This document shows positions 10,329 to 26,800 of a stretch of 64,000 nt of DNA, one piece after another (positions within the stretch are counted from its first letter, which is position 1; each line of letters starts with the position of its first letter). The stretch comes from Balanoglossus misakiensis (lineage: Eukaryota > Animalia > Hemichordata), in contig CM082577.2 in the NCBI GenBank assembly GCA_040954595.2, forward strand, positions 16,375,903 to 16,439,902, written 5' to 3'. A program made the position numbers and the translations under genes. A model generated the notes under the pieces. That model worked only from the letters and a program-made list of their open reading frames with translations. It made no database searches and was not told where the DNA came from.

Positions 10329-11989
10329 ACCCTGTAATTAAATGTCAGGCCAGTTGAAGGTTATAAGACAAATGATGATTATTTCTAAATCTCTTTGTGT
10401 ACATGTCCCACATCCACAAGAAAATAACATTGGATAAAACGAAGGATTCTTCAGTGGTGTTAAATCCTTATACATGTAAGTCCTGTGTCCATTTTATCAT
10501 ACATTAAAGGGTGTGTGTTTAAGTCCTTTTCTGTGACAGTCCTGAACAGTTACGAAGATCTGTCTCTCTTAAATCCATCCTTTCAAAAATTTATCCAGCT
10601 TTTACAGTCTCAAAATACTACTGTTTTACCCAATTTTTCAAAATTGTACTACTATGCATGAAGATGCGTTCTGAGACTCTTGATGAACTTTTAACCATGT
10701 AATACTGATTGTATCTAGTTTTCTGGAAACTTTGCTTCTTGTTGAGTGTCCCTCTGTACTTTTCTTTGTATAACATTTGTGATTTCTAGGAGGCCGGAGG
10801 CCTACAGTATCCTGAGTTGTATTATCAATTTACCTGTCTGTGAACAAAATATACAGTCTTTACGAAATATGTAAATAACAACAATAAAGAATGTGTATTA
10901 AACGATACACAAGGAGGAACTAATAGCTCGCTGTTCGTTTTGAGCAGTGAAAGTGTCACATTATGTATTTTGGTCACCCTCGCTGCCTTGTCATTTTTCT
11001 ATTGTCCATTGTTCACGGAAGGGCGTCGGAAGACGGAAGGCGGCGGTTATAAATTGTCATTGTTGCAGCAGTAGTGCTTGGTGACAATGTAATGCATACT
11101 TAAGTTCAGCTCACCAGTGGTTGACTTGTTCAATAATGTACCAAGCTCTGCATGACTTGTCACTGTTGTTTTCAAATTGGCATACGTTTCTTGCCGACAG
11201 TATTTATTGATAGCTTGGGTATTGTTCTAACAAACGGGTACTTGCACCTGGCACTCTGCCCGTGTTTTAGACCTAAAGATGTTTTCAGTGTGGAAGTGCT
11301 TGCATCAGCGTCTTTCCAAATAATTGACGAAAATTCCTGGCATTTATGTTTAACACAGAAATAGTGACACAAATGCATTCTAGTGGATGGCTTTTTTCAT
11401 TCTGTGTTTTGTTGCTTCTCTGTAGAAACGCGATATCATCATCTCGGCTTCGAAAGGTACGTACATGTACATGTGTGCAGGTGGCAAATTGATTTGCAAT
11501 GCCTACACCCCACCAAATTTGTGTCCTCTCTCAAGCACAGTCCCTCTATCTGAGGGAGGGACTGTGTTTCAAGTTACTTGTCTCGCAGAGCCGACTTTGT
11601 TCAAACTTTGTCAACAGAGCTAAGGCATGCAAAGATCACGTAGGTTCTATCTGCGTGAGTCAGTGTTCTCATATATGTGTGGAAAAAACGATTGCTGTGT
11701 ACTCTTGCAACAGGAGACTGAATAAATGGGTGCAGCACCCATTTATTGTTAAATACAATCTGTCCAAATGCTTATTTTTAGGCCTGGTCTCAGTTGCTAT
11801 CTTTTAAAAAAGTTCGGTGATAGGAAGGTTATTTTACAATGACTTGCTGTTTTTTATTGAAATCTCTCTTGGTTAAACTGTCTACAGCTGAGGTGCATTT
11901 GAAAGAGATAAAAAGAGAACCTGTGTCAAGTTTCAAGAAATGGGAAGAAAATCAAACTCGGTGGTAGTCACACGCCGTCATGGAGAAGT

Positions 11990-12675
11990 ATAAGAGAATT
12001 TATTATATTCATAGACCCGGTTATTACCAAAGTGTGACGTCATACTAAAGTAATAAGAAATCGACAGATTGCATATTACCATAGTATGACGTCACTGCCA
12101 ATAATTCTGCTGGAACTACTTTCAGTATGTAAACAAATGAAAATACTATCCTGCGATGTTATATTGCGTAATACTATAGTGGGTGGGCTTTGAAGTTTGG
12201 GAAATATGGGGTTACAAATAATAAAGCACATGTGAAATATCGTTTAATGATGTTTTATTAGTTTGCTCGATGTATTGAAACTGTGGCGGGAAATTTTTGA
12301 CGACTGTCGTCTGCGCTTCAAACTTTTTGTTCGATCAAAGATGTCAGCGACAGAGCGGTACATAGCTATGTCGTCGAACGACATTGACGATTTTATAACG
12401 AGCCAAAGAAAGCAGAACACTGTAAAATCGACCACAAACGCAGTGAAACAACTTAGGAAATTTATAGAGGAGACAGAAGATGGTTTAGCGACAGATATAC
12501 ATGAAATTCCGCCTGAAATTCTGGACGTCTGCCTGTCGAAATTTTTCATCGGGTCGAGGCAGAGCGACGGGTCTGACTACGAGCCGGACACTCTCACAAC
12601 ATACCAGCGTAGTCCCGAGTCACTTCTGTATACGGTTTGGTGGAACACCACCACATTGTTAGGATTCCGAGCCTC
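11990..12675 (+). mobile_element. Internally deleted Crypton element (N-terminal recombinase fragment 12341-12672)
   Basis: DIDDFITSQRKQNTVKSTTNAVKQLRKFI..IHEIPPEILDVCLSKFFIGSRQSDGSDYEPDTLTTYQRS is joined directly to PESLLYTVWWNTTTLLGFRA. Both are conserved Crypton blocks normally separated by a long linker. The 5' boundary is approximate. Confidence 0.75.
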
Positions 12676-13265
12676 CAAATGTGGTTTTCTAGGAATACTG
12701 TTCAGCATATTGAATTTATGCAAATTATGAAAACTGCCCATGTCAAATATTATTCCAAAATGGTTCTTCATGCACATGAATTTTTTTAAACTTTAAAATC
12801 ATAGAAAAATTCATGTTTATTTCTTGATATTTGGTCCCAAAATTTAAATGCAAATTAGACATATTTCCACAAGGTGGATTCGGGTGCATTTTTGATATGT
12901 TGTTCTAGACACGTCACCTCTCCAAAATATATTCTGAAGAAAAAAACTCTGTTGCAATTTGTGGTGGGTTAGGTGCCCAAATATCATTCGCTGACTCTTT
13001 TGTCTAAGTTATGAAAAAAATCGATAATCGCCCATTTGACAAGCATCTTATTTGTGCAATGGTTCTTCCAACTGGGCTGACACACAAATGAACGACATAG
13101 TGCTGTGGAATTTCTACATATGCACCATACCGGCCGTTTGAATATATTTGAATATTTTTGACAGGAACAATGCAACTTTAGCAGATTGAACCGAGCTAGC
13201 TCCAAGCAAACATCTCTCACGACCGGATCTCCAACCTGCGATACTGAACAGATAATATTTTCTTC

Positions 13266-13545
13266 GAATTTTACCGGTTTTGGGGAAAGGTAGGCGATCA
13301 GTATCATCGTACCAAGGCTCGGTTCAGAGATTTCTTTAGACACACTCGATGTTTACTGCATTTTCTGTGAATTTTACCGGTTTTGGGGAAAGTAAGGCGC
13401 TCGGTATCATCGTACCACGTCCCGGTTCAGAGATTTGTGTAGACACACGGGATGTTCACTCTAGTTTCTGTGAATGTTCCCGGTTTGGGGGGAAAGTTAG
13501 GCGCCCGGTGTCTTCTTGCCACGGGTCGGTACAGACGCACGATGT
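13266..13545. repeat. About 103-bp tandem repeat, about 2.7 diverged copies
   Basis: gaattttaccggttttggggaaag units start at 13266, 13369 and 13472. Confidence 0.8.
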
Positions 13546-16500
13546 TTTCGTTAAATGATAAGTGACTTTGGCAAACAACTTGCATGAAACAACATGATTC
13601 ATCGGTATTTTTTTAAAGAAATAAATCGGTTTCAAAAACGTCATATTTTCGAGATATTGGTAACCTTCACATGTAATAAATGGGTTTATACATTAGCTGT
13701 CCACCTGAGTAGGATCTGACAGCCGACCTGCAGACTCAGACATTAGGCACATGCACCATTGCACCCTGCACCTAACCCTATTCTAACTCAAAATATTAAC
13801 CCTTACTCTAACCCACTAAACTCTGTCTTGGACTAGAGGTATGCTGCTAGATACCTATGGGGTCCAAATTCTCATCTAAAAATTTAGGTATGAACAGTTT
13901 TTTTTTATGGGAAGGATAGGCGTGTGTCATACACGCAAAGTTTAACATATGGCCAGGTATTTATACAGACAGATTTTCGCGAGTTTTTAATTGAATAATA
14001 GGTGACTTTGGCAAACATTAAATGAATTTTGCGACATCGGCCATCCGGTTTATAAATTAGTTGTAAATATTCTTCGGTAAGAAAAGAATGGTTATTCGTT
14101 CGATGACAAGCCTCTGGTTATATGAATTAGTAAACCTCGTAAAAGCCTTAATCTCATACTTCACGATAAAGGGTCAGGCTCTTCCGAAGTGCAATTGTAA
14201 TTTCGTTTCTCAACGCACACACTCTACGTTTGAAACTTTTCTGAAGGCTCTTAAACATGGCAAATATCGCAAGGCCCGCACCCACACGTTTCTCAACACC
14301 ATATTTTCCCCACCAACTATTTAAAACGTTTCATCTTGCCACATAATATAACGCAGTCTATTTCTGCTTTCTAAACAGTCACCGTGTCAGAAGAAATTAA
14401 CGTAAGTTTAAGGAAAGACAACCGTGATACCAGCCCAGTCCAATGCACCACATCACTCCACATTACAGTATATATCAAACATTTTTTTTTCTTCAAAAAT
14501 TTCTGTGAAAGTTTTGTACATGTCCAGTTTTGCATTCTCAGTAATATGTTGTCTTTACATAACTTTAAGGTAGTTTGCACCTGGAGAACCAAAATCTTAA
14601 ACTTGTTCCCATTAGAAAGGTTAGGTTATTTTCTGCCAAGGATGAAAATCAATGATTTATCATGAAAATTTTGGAATGAAGGAGCAAAATTGCCCCACAT
14701 TAAAATACAAAATGGCTGCCAATCTGCATAGTTTGGTCTAAATCGATTGGTGTCGATAGGCTTCGGAGTTGGACCTGTATAGAGGGAACTTGGGATGAAT
14801 AAATTAAGCATGTGTTGTCAATATTCAGATCTTGGTTCATTTCCTGCTGAAAATGTCAACACATGATAAATATAATTTCAAAATAGTGTTTCAAATTTGT
14901 ATATTTTGAAGTCAGGTCTTTCAAAAGCTATTAAAACCAGAAATTCAGTAAGTAAATGTAAAAATTAAAAGTCCCACACGAGTGGAAAGCAATAAAATAC
15001 TAATAATTGGTAATGAACTGATCAGTTGTTCAGCAGGATTTTCATCCGCGTTCTTAGATTGAACGAAAAACAAAAGATTTGTAAATTCTTCCACAAGTGG
15101 CGCTGTTTGCTGGGGGGGGGGGGGGTGATATCACCAATGGTCAAGTTGATATGAATTGAATTGAATCATGGCCAATAACCCCTGAGCAGGACAAAAACAG
15201 TAAAAAGGTAGCTATGGGTTTAAATGGGCAAATAAACCCATTGAAACACAATGAAATATCTTTAAAGACACCTTTCTAATCAGAACAGACCAGCAGAGAA
15301 CCAGCATATGTAAAGACAGAGCCAATTCTACATCTGATTGTCATGAGATTGGAGAATACTGTATATCTGAGACAACTGGTCCAGAAATAAGAGAATGGCA
15401 GTTCCAAAATCTTTAATGTCATGTTCGTGTGGAAATCTCTAACAAGTACAGGTACACAAAATGATTGCAAATTTTGTATTTCTTGCATGATTTATAAATG
15501 TTTTCTCAAAGGCCACTTGAACCAGTGCTTACATGCGGAGTGGTTAATCTATGATTAAGCGCACAGAGAAAATATTTACCACCATGGTCCAGTCCAAAGT
15601 GATTGTTCTCCATGGTAGGGTTGGACCCCTCTGGTGGGAATTGGACATAAAAAGGTTTAAACATGACAAATACACCAGTGATAACAAAACAGTCCAGTTT
15701 TCAACATTTATTCAGTACTATTGGCTACCGGCAATAATGTACACAATAACAAAAAAAGTTTTGAGGTGCTTGAGAGGTCGTTCCTCACAAAGTCTTACTC
15801 ACAATCCTTATTCAGGAGTTTCTGTCACTGTTTAATAGCATAAAATATACATCTAGCAAGATTTTGTACTGTATACAGTTTGCCTGACTGAAGCAATAAA
15901 ATACATTTCCAATGTGTCATAGTAGAATTGTGGAATAAATCTCTATCTGATGCAATCACATACTGGGCATACTAACAGAAAATGACGCTAATCTTCTACA
16001 GAATCACAAGATTGATTGAAATGGACAAAGTCTTTCTTCACAAGAAACCCCATGTTACCTTTCCAGAGTAAAGAATACTCCAGTGATAACTAAACAATCC
16101 AGGGCGTGAACAATATATTCTACATATCTTTTAAAAAATATAATAATTTTCTAGTTGACAGTAATATTTACCAAATATTCAATATACATTGATATCTGTA
16201 AGAAGTTTGAAGTTAAGAAGAAATGTTGTGAGTGAGCAGAATAATAAAACCCACTGAAGTGGATAGTTCCTTGCATGGTGACAGCATGTATGGACTTACA
16301 ATGTCCAACCCCCACAAGTCTCTTCTTATCACTTTTGAGCAATTGCATCAAAGTAAACAAAAACGATTTAAAAATCAGAAACTTAAGTCTCCTACTAATC
16401 AGTGTCAAACTTGTTAATGGTAATAGGTAAATATTTACACAGATAATTTCAGTTTTTTCATCTTTCCAAATAAATCCCACTTAAAATTAAAAGGTATGTT

Positions 16501-16599
16501 GACATATACATGGACATTGACATGCTAGTTTCTCTCTGCTGTCACAATGACATCATCACATTTATGGTAAATAATTGTGTAATGATATGAGGAACTGCT

Positions 16600-20715
<4,116 letters not shown>

Positions 20716-21001
20716 CTTATCAAAATAAACCAGAAGAAAAACCTTATGATCAAATAAAAATATGAATGGATGTATGAAAGTTAAGAACATATATAGATTC
20801 TATGGATGTCTTCAAACAAATAAAAACAGGTCAATCCCCCCCCCCCCCCCGCACATTAATTTTAAAAACAAGAGTGCCATTAAACATTTGAAATATCCAT
20901 ATACTATACATGTACATACTGAGTCAATGCCAACGTACTTCAAACATCTTCAATACGACTACACTATTATTGATACCCTGCAGGCTATTCTCTGCAGGCT
21001 G

Positions 21002-21073
21002 TAGCTCTACGTGGCAGGGCTGTGTTGTTGCGGAGGGCTCGCCGTAACAACACAACCCTGCCACGCAGAGCTA
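21002..21073. mobile_element. 72-bp fold-back MITE with TAG..CTA ends and 9-bp TSD TGCAGGCTG (AcademH-like)
   Basis: tagctctacgtggcagggctgtgttgtt / aacaacacaaccctgccacgcagagcta. TSD at 20993-21001 and 21074-21082. Confidence 0.75.
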
Positions 21074-21470
21074 TGCAGGCTGCAGTCTGAACCCGACTAC
21101 AGGTGTATGTCAATTTGTCATGTATATTTTGGACCTGGTCAACATTTTAATGCAGTGATAACAATAGCCAGCAGCAGTACTATGGCTCGAGATTTGGCCT
21201 GGTGTTAGGATTGGACGACAATTCCACTCTGGATGTGACATCTAACCCCCAATATAAGGAGAAGAAAAAACATCTGTTCTCAAGTTGCTGTACAGGGTAC
21301 CTGCACTCCACATATTTGCTCCATGACTGACCTGACCTGACACTGACACTAGTGACAGACCCACACTACCGTCCTCCCTGAAGTCTGAACTTATGTTCAT
21401 CCCGCCCCAAAATCAAGTTCCATTAACACAACATTACAAAAAAGAGTTCACAAACAATACATGCACTCAC

Positions 21471-21937
21471 CTTGTAATCACTATATCATCCGTGGACACA
21501 ACTTTTCACATCGTCACTGAGAAATATAACAATTATAGGAAACCACCCTTCTTGTTCTCCGAGGTCAGTCGGCGAGGTGACAGCCGTTGGCGGCGCTGAA
21601 TGTAAACAACCTCGTTATCAGTATTTTAGTTTGGACAAGAATTTCGACGCCGAAAATGTGTCATAGAAAGATATTTTTTACAGTTAGTAGTGAAAATATG
21701 TGCACCATATTTTAATAACTATTTTATCTATCGTACACATGAGAAAATGTTAAAATTTTGACGTGATGAAACGTGGTTTATTTCATTGTAGGGGAACGAG
21801 CCTTCATTTCAATGTGGCATTGGTGGACTCTGTACAGACGACAAGTGAAGAACTATGGTTCAGGCACAGTATAAGCGCTGTTGTATTTTGCTGAGCGAAT
21901 TCAGATCGATTCTTGGCTGAATATACGAACGATATAG
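21471..21937. promoter_or_regulatory. Putative bidirectional promoter with non-coding first exons of ATG5 (-) and DPY19L3 (+)
   Basis: Divergent splice donors: actcac (reverse-strand GTGAGT) at 21465-21470 and ag|gtgagt at 21937/21938. CpG-richer than flanks. TGTAAACAA (forkhead-type) at 21601 and TGACGTGA at about 21759. Confidence 0.6.
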
Positions 21938-22145
21938 GTGAGTGTCTGGGTCACTTAAAGTGTATTCTGCCAATCATCTTCTCCGGCTATTAAAACTTGA
22001 CAAAACTGCATTTTGATCGCTTCCTCGAAGGTGACATGAACATCACCTGGCGGATCTGGTTCACTTAGTGGACACGACTATACCCCATGGCAACGATACC
22101 ATGGCAATGAGGGTGAGTTAGGGTTAGGGTTAGGAGGGTTAGGGG

Positions 22146-22242
22146 CACAGGCGTTAGATCCGATCGCGTCGCTGCCGTAGATGTATACATCTATACATCT
22201 ACGGCAGCGACGATCGCGAAGCGATCGGATCTAACGCCTGTG
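22146..22242. repeat. Fold-back palindrome next to short TTAGGG-like repeats (22115-22145)
   Basis: cacaggcgttagatccgatcgc..gtcgctgccgtagatgtata / tatacatctacggcagcgac..gcgatcggatctaacgcctgtg. Confidence 0.7.
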
Positions 22243-22373
22243 GTACGCAGTGTATATAAAGGACCAGGTACATTTTCTTCTTCCATAAATTTCAATGTTT
22301 TTTTATCATATAATTAATATCTCAGCATGCAAGCCACATCCTGCTGACATTTTTTAATTTCAATTACTGCTTA

Positions 22374-23120
22374 GGGACCGTTCAGTTTTTACGGCTGGGG
22401 GTGTGTGGCAAAATCCAGGGGGGGGGGGTCACTTAAATTTTGAAACTTGTTTTTCTTTTGAAACGTTTGGGGGGGGGGTCACATACTTTTGCCACTGAAC
22501 TTTTGCTTTTGTGTCCACAAAATTGCAGTTTCGCGCCCTTTATTTTCTTTCCCACATTTCATTCATTCATTGGCTGGTTTGTCTAGTGTACCAGGGCAGA
22601 ATACTTGCCACCCCACCCCACCAATGCTTACTTTGAGTGGAGTGGCAAAAGTAAAATTGGTCCTCCCAAGCATTTAGTTAATTTACTTTTGAGTTCATTA
22701 AAATGCAACTTTGAGCTCCATATTTTACAAAATTTTCTTATGTGGGAGGGGGACACCCACCCCCACTTTTCTATTGTACTGACTTGTCATTTTATTCATA
22801 GATTTCTCTATTTCAACGATATACTAAATATACACTTCAATTATAAATTTCTTTAAGAAATTTATAATTGAGATGTGGAGCCTTTTCCCCTTTATTGCGT
22901 ACAGGACGGTGAATGTTTTCGTGTGTGTGTGTGTGGGGGGGGGGGTCATCATATTTTTTGTTTTCGGGTTGGGGGGGGGGGTCATCTTATTTTTTGGTCT
23001 GGCAAAGGGGGGTCATCATTTTTTGGTCCTGGGTGAAGGGGGGGGGGGGTCTGCCTGATTTTGAAAACCGATGACACAAACTTTCCGCCCCCCCCCCACC
23101 CATAAAAACTGAACGGTCCC
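22374..23120. mobile_element. MITE with 3-bp TTA TSD (PIF/Harbinger- or Zator-type)
   Basis: TTA|GGGACCGTTCAGTTTTTA ... TAAAAACTGAACGGTCCC|TTA. Internal G-run repeats (GGGGGGGTCA). Confidence 0.8.
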
Positions 23121-23822
23121 TTACATCCCCAAAAACAAATATTTAAATTAGTAAGTACGTTACCAAATTACATGATTTACCATTGCATTTCCAGTCAAAA
23201 TAATTAGCATTTTCGCCAGACATAAATTATAATATAAACCGTTCGTAACATTTACAAATTGTCATTTTTTTTAATATTTGCTAATTATCACACCCACAGC
23301 AGGACGCTCACCGTACAGCCTGAATGTCAGTCAATTACATATTATTAAAAATGGGATAGTCTATATGCAAATATAGTCTGGAACAGGCTTACAAATTTAG
23401 CCTTCTTGTTTGCTCGCTTTTGCCCTGCAGTTAGCACTCATACATTTTGTACTTGTGTGAGTCAGAAAAAGCGGAAATAACACCACAAAGGCCAAATATT
23501 CCCACAGAGCAGTTCCAAAATAAAACATCTGTAAATTCAACAGTTTTTTTATGTATTTTATTTATTTAGTTTAACTCCACGTGACTGGTTTAACTGCACA
23601 TTTTCCTTGCTGCATGATCATAATGCATGTTAGTTCAGGGGCCAGTTTTACCACTGTCAGCAGTGGTAAAACAGTGTTTTACCATCTCTGGATTGAGCTC
23701 TCATCCAATCAGCATGCCGCTGAACCGTAGTGATAATTCATGTATATTCAGAAGTAGCCAAATATGTTTATTATGTACATTATATCTTTATTTGAATAGA
23801 TCTGTGCAGAAAAATAAAAACA

Positions 23823-26800
23823 ATGGCTGCACAACTGAGACAGAGGAAACGAAAACAACAGAGAAATTCCAACATCAAGGAGGACAACAACCTAAGTGGT
23901 GAAGACAAGAGTAATTCTGAATTGGATGCAAGCAGTGAAAGTGAAGCCAATTTGGAGAATGATGAGCAACAGGAGACCACTCAGACGATTTTGCGATTTG
24001 CTTCCCACTTGAGTTTAGTGGTTGGAATAACTGCAGCAGTCATCATTGCCTATCAATATGCTGTGTATATATGGACACTACATGAAAACAGACTGTGGTT
24101 TACTAACATTGAGGTAAGGTTTACACAATTAAATCTGAGATTATTTACATGTATTTAGGGAAACTACTTATAATATTGTCAATATGCTTTGCTCATTCCA
24201 CCACAGGCCCTGACATTTAAAACTAAATTAAGTCTCAAATAATATGATGTAGCATTTTGAAAGTAGAGATTTTTTAACAATATCAGGTGTTCTGGCTGTC
24301 TGTCTTCTTGTCAAAAACTACTGTACTTGATAGCTCAAGGCTGATATACTCAACTACATGTAAGTGTCTACACTACAGTGCTCAAAAGTGGAATACCGGT
24401 AGTCAGAATGTGGCTACCGGGTATGAAGTGAAATAATTGGCCATTGGAATCTGGACTGTCGAATGAGAAGCCCAGTTCCAAAAGTGACAAAATAAATGAA
24501 AAGAACTGTCCCAAAATGACAAAAATTCCCCCACGCATTCATTTACCATTGCTTCTTTCTTAATTTTCCAATTTTTATAATAATATAGAGCGCAGCATTG
24601 TAGTTTGTATGTTTGACTCAAACATTAACCCTTTCACCCCCAGTTCCCTCTTTACAGTTCAACCTTACCATAGAAAGAAATGGATTTGGACTGAACCATG
24701 CATGGTGGTGAAAGGGTTGGGCAAATAAGAAGATGGTTCGATGATACAAGACACAAGTTATGGCAACTTCCATCCCGCTTGTATGATATGAGAGTAAAAA
24801 TCTCGCCAAAATGAATAAATAGTAGAGAACGATTATTCATTTTGGCGAGTTTTATCACTCTTGTGTCTACAAGTGGGATGGAAGGTGTGTGTGGTTGAAC
24901 ATTGATTCACTATATATCCACTCGAGAATAACATAAACGGTGTCTTGTATCAAACATAAGTAATGGAAAAAGGGTAGCGAGAGAGAGACTTTGTCCCTTT
25001 AATTCAGAATCCCTAAGTAGGTGTGCTTGTCATGATTGATTCTGTTACTCGACAAGGTCAAGTACTCTGTACATGTTGATGTGTAGTCTGTCCATTGGCA
25101 TTACAGGTATACAGTCACCTTTGCAAATATAGCTGCAGTTAATATGGCAAATTGAGATCTAGCCAATCACAGATATTTTGTGGGTGGCACACACGTTCGA
25201 ATGAAATTGGGTGACCGTATACCTTTAACTGTAGCCTCCTAGTCCTACAGTTGATCTTCTTGTCATCTGAATTATCTCAAAAAGAATGTTTTCTTCTTTG
25301 CTGTTTCTGTAGGAGGTAGAGCGAGAAATCTCATTTCGAACAGAATCCGGTCTATATTATTCCTATTACAAACAGATGGTGAATGCCAAATCATTCCAAC
25401 AAGGTAAGGCAGATACCATGTTTGAAGTTAAATGGAATTTGTTTATTTGTATCCAAACCCCCTGAACTAAACCTTAAAAGTGTATTCAAAGTAAAGTACA
25501 ATTTTGCAGTTTGTCTATAGATATTGAGTAATGTTTGCCTTTGATCATGATGCACAATCAGATAATCACTAAATCAGAATAAATCGTTCAAATTGAATAA
25601 TAAACAAGTAACTACCCAAGTAAAAGGGAAAACACGGATGATTCTTTGGTACTACTTTTCGCTTTTAATGAAAAAAGAAAAATAGAAGGAAAGTTGTGGT
25701 CACGAAAAAAGTGTGAAAGAGAAGTTTACCAAACAAATTAATCTCAGCCCCCTCCCCTCTAAATGAATGATTTTTGTTTAATGAATTTATGTGACAATCT
25801 GAGATGGTCCTTTGCACAATGCTGATAGTCCTGGTGACAGCGTGACCTGTGAATTCAGAAAGACACCTATTGCTATGTGCATGTGCCTCCGACCAAATTG
25901 GTCTGCCACTACATTGTACATTTAGCTATAGAGCCACACAATGTCATTTGTCAACTTGACGATTTACCTTTCACCACCATGGTTCAGTCCAAATCTATTG
26001 CTTTCTATGGTAAATGTGGATCTCTATAGAGGGAATTGGGGGTGAAAGGGTTCAAGTTCCAAATTATAACACATCGGTCACTCAATTTTATTCAAAAGAA
26101 AAAATCAACGGGTCTATACTAGTACATGTATAGCTCCCAATATTTCACATTTTGTAATGCCATTGAAGACTTGTGATTCTCCTCACTTGGCTGCAACCCT
26201 GGATTCCCCCCCCCCCCCCCCCCCCCCCCCTCACACACACACACTTCTTGACTTGAAAGGATATGACTGGCAAGTCAGGGAATTGCTTGAATTGGATGTT
26301 GCCACTAGTATTAAACAAACTGGGAGATAATTATGCTATGTTATTTGTTGGTCTGACTGAACATATCCTATTAAACAGTGAAAGTTTGTGTATCAAGCAC
26401 TGTACCTGAATTTCTTATACAACTGCTACCGTGAGAGCTATTTGAAACAAACTTATGCTTTTATGTCATTTGACTGTAGTGTACTGTATGTTATAGAGAC
26501 CAGATGCATTCATGACAACATTTATTCTTTCCCCAAAAGGCTTGTATGAACTAACTCATGATAATACAACAGAAAACTGGAGAACTATCAATGTGTTGCA
26601 GAGAATGAACATCTACCAGGAAGTGATTCTCAGTATTCTCTATAAAACATTCAATCTCAAAGTAAGTACTGTGGAATACTTTATTATCGCTGGAATATAT
26701 TTTCGCGCAATGGATATAATCAATACATAGGCGTGACTTTATTTTCGCGCTGATCGCTTTACATTGTCATCAGCCAAGGCGCTGTACGCTAATTGAAATT

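Noticed and set aside
13266-13545. Regularly spaced repeats as a possible CRISPR-like array
   Set aside because: Whole 103-bp units are homologous with no unique spacers; eukaryotic context and no cas genes.
22115-22145. TTAGGG repeats as a telomere or chromosome-fusion relic
   Set aside because: Only a few imperfect units. Such tracts are common inside invertebrate repeats (similar CCTAACCC at about 13770).
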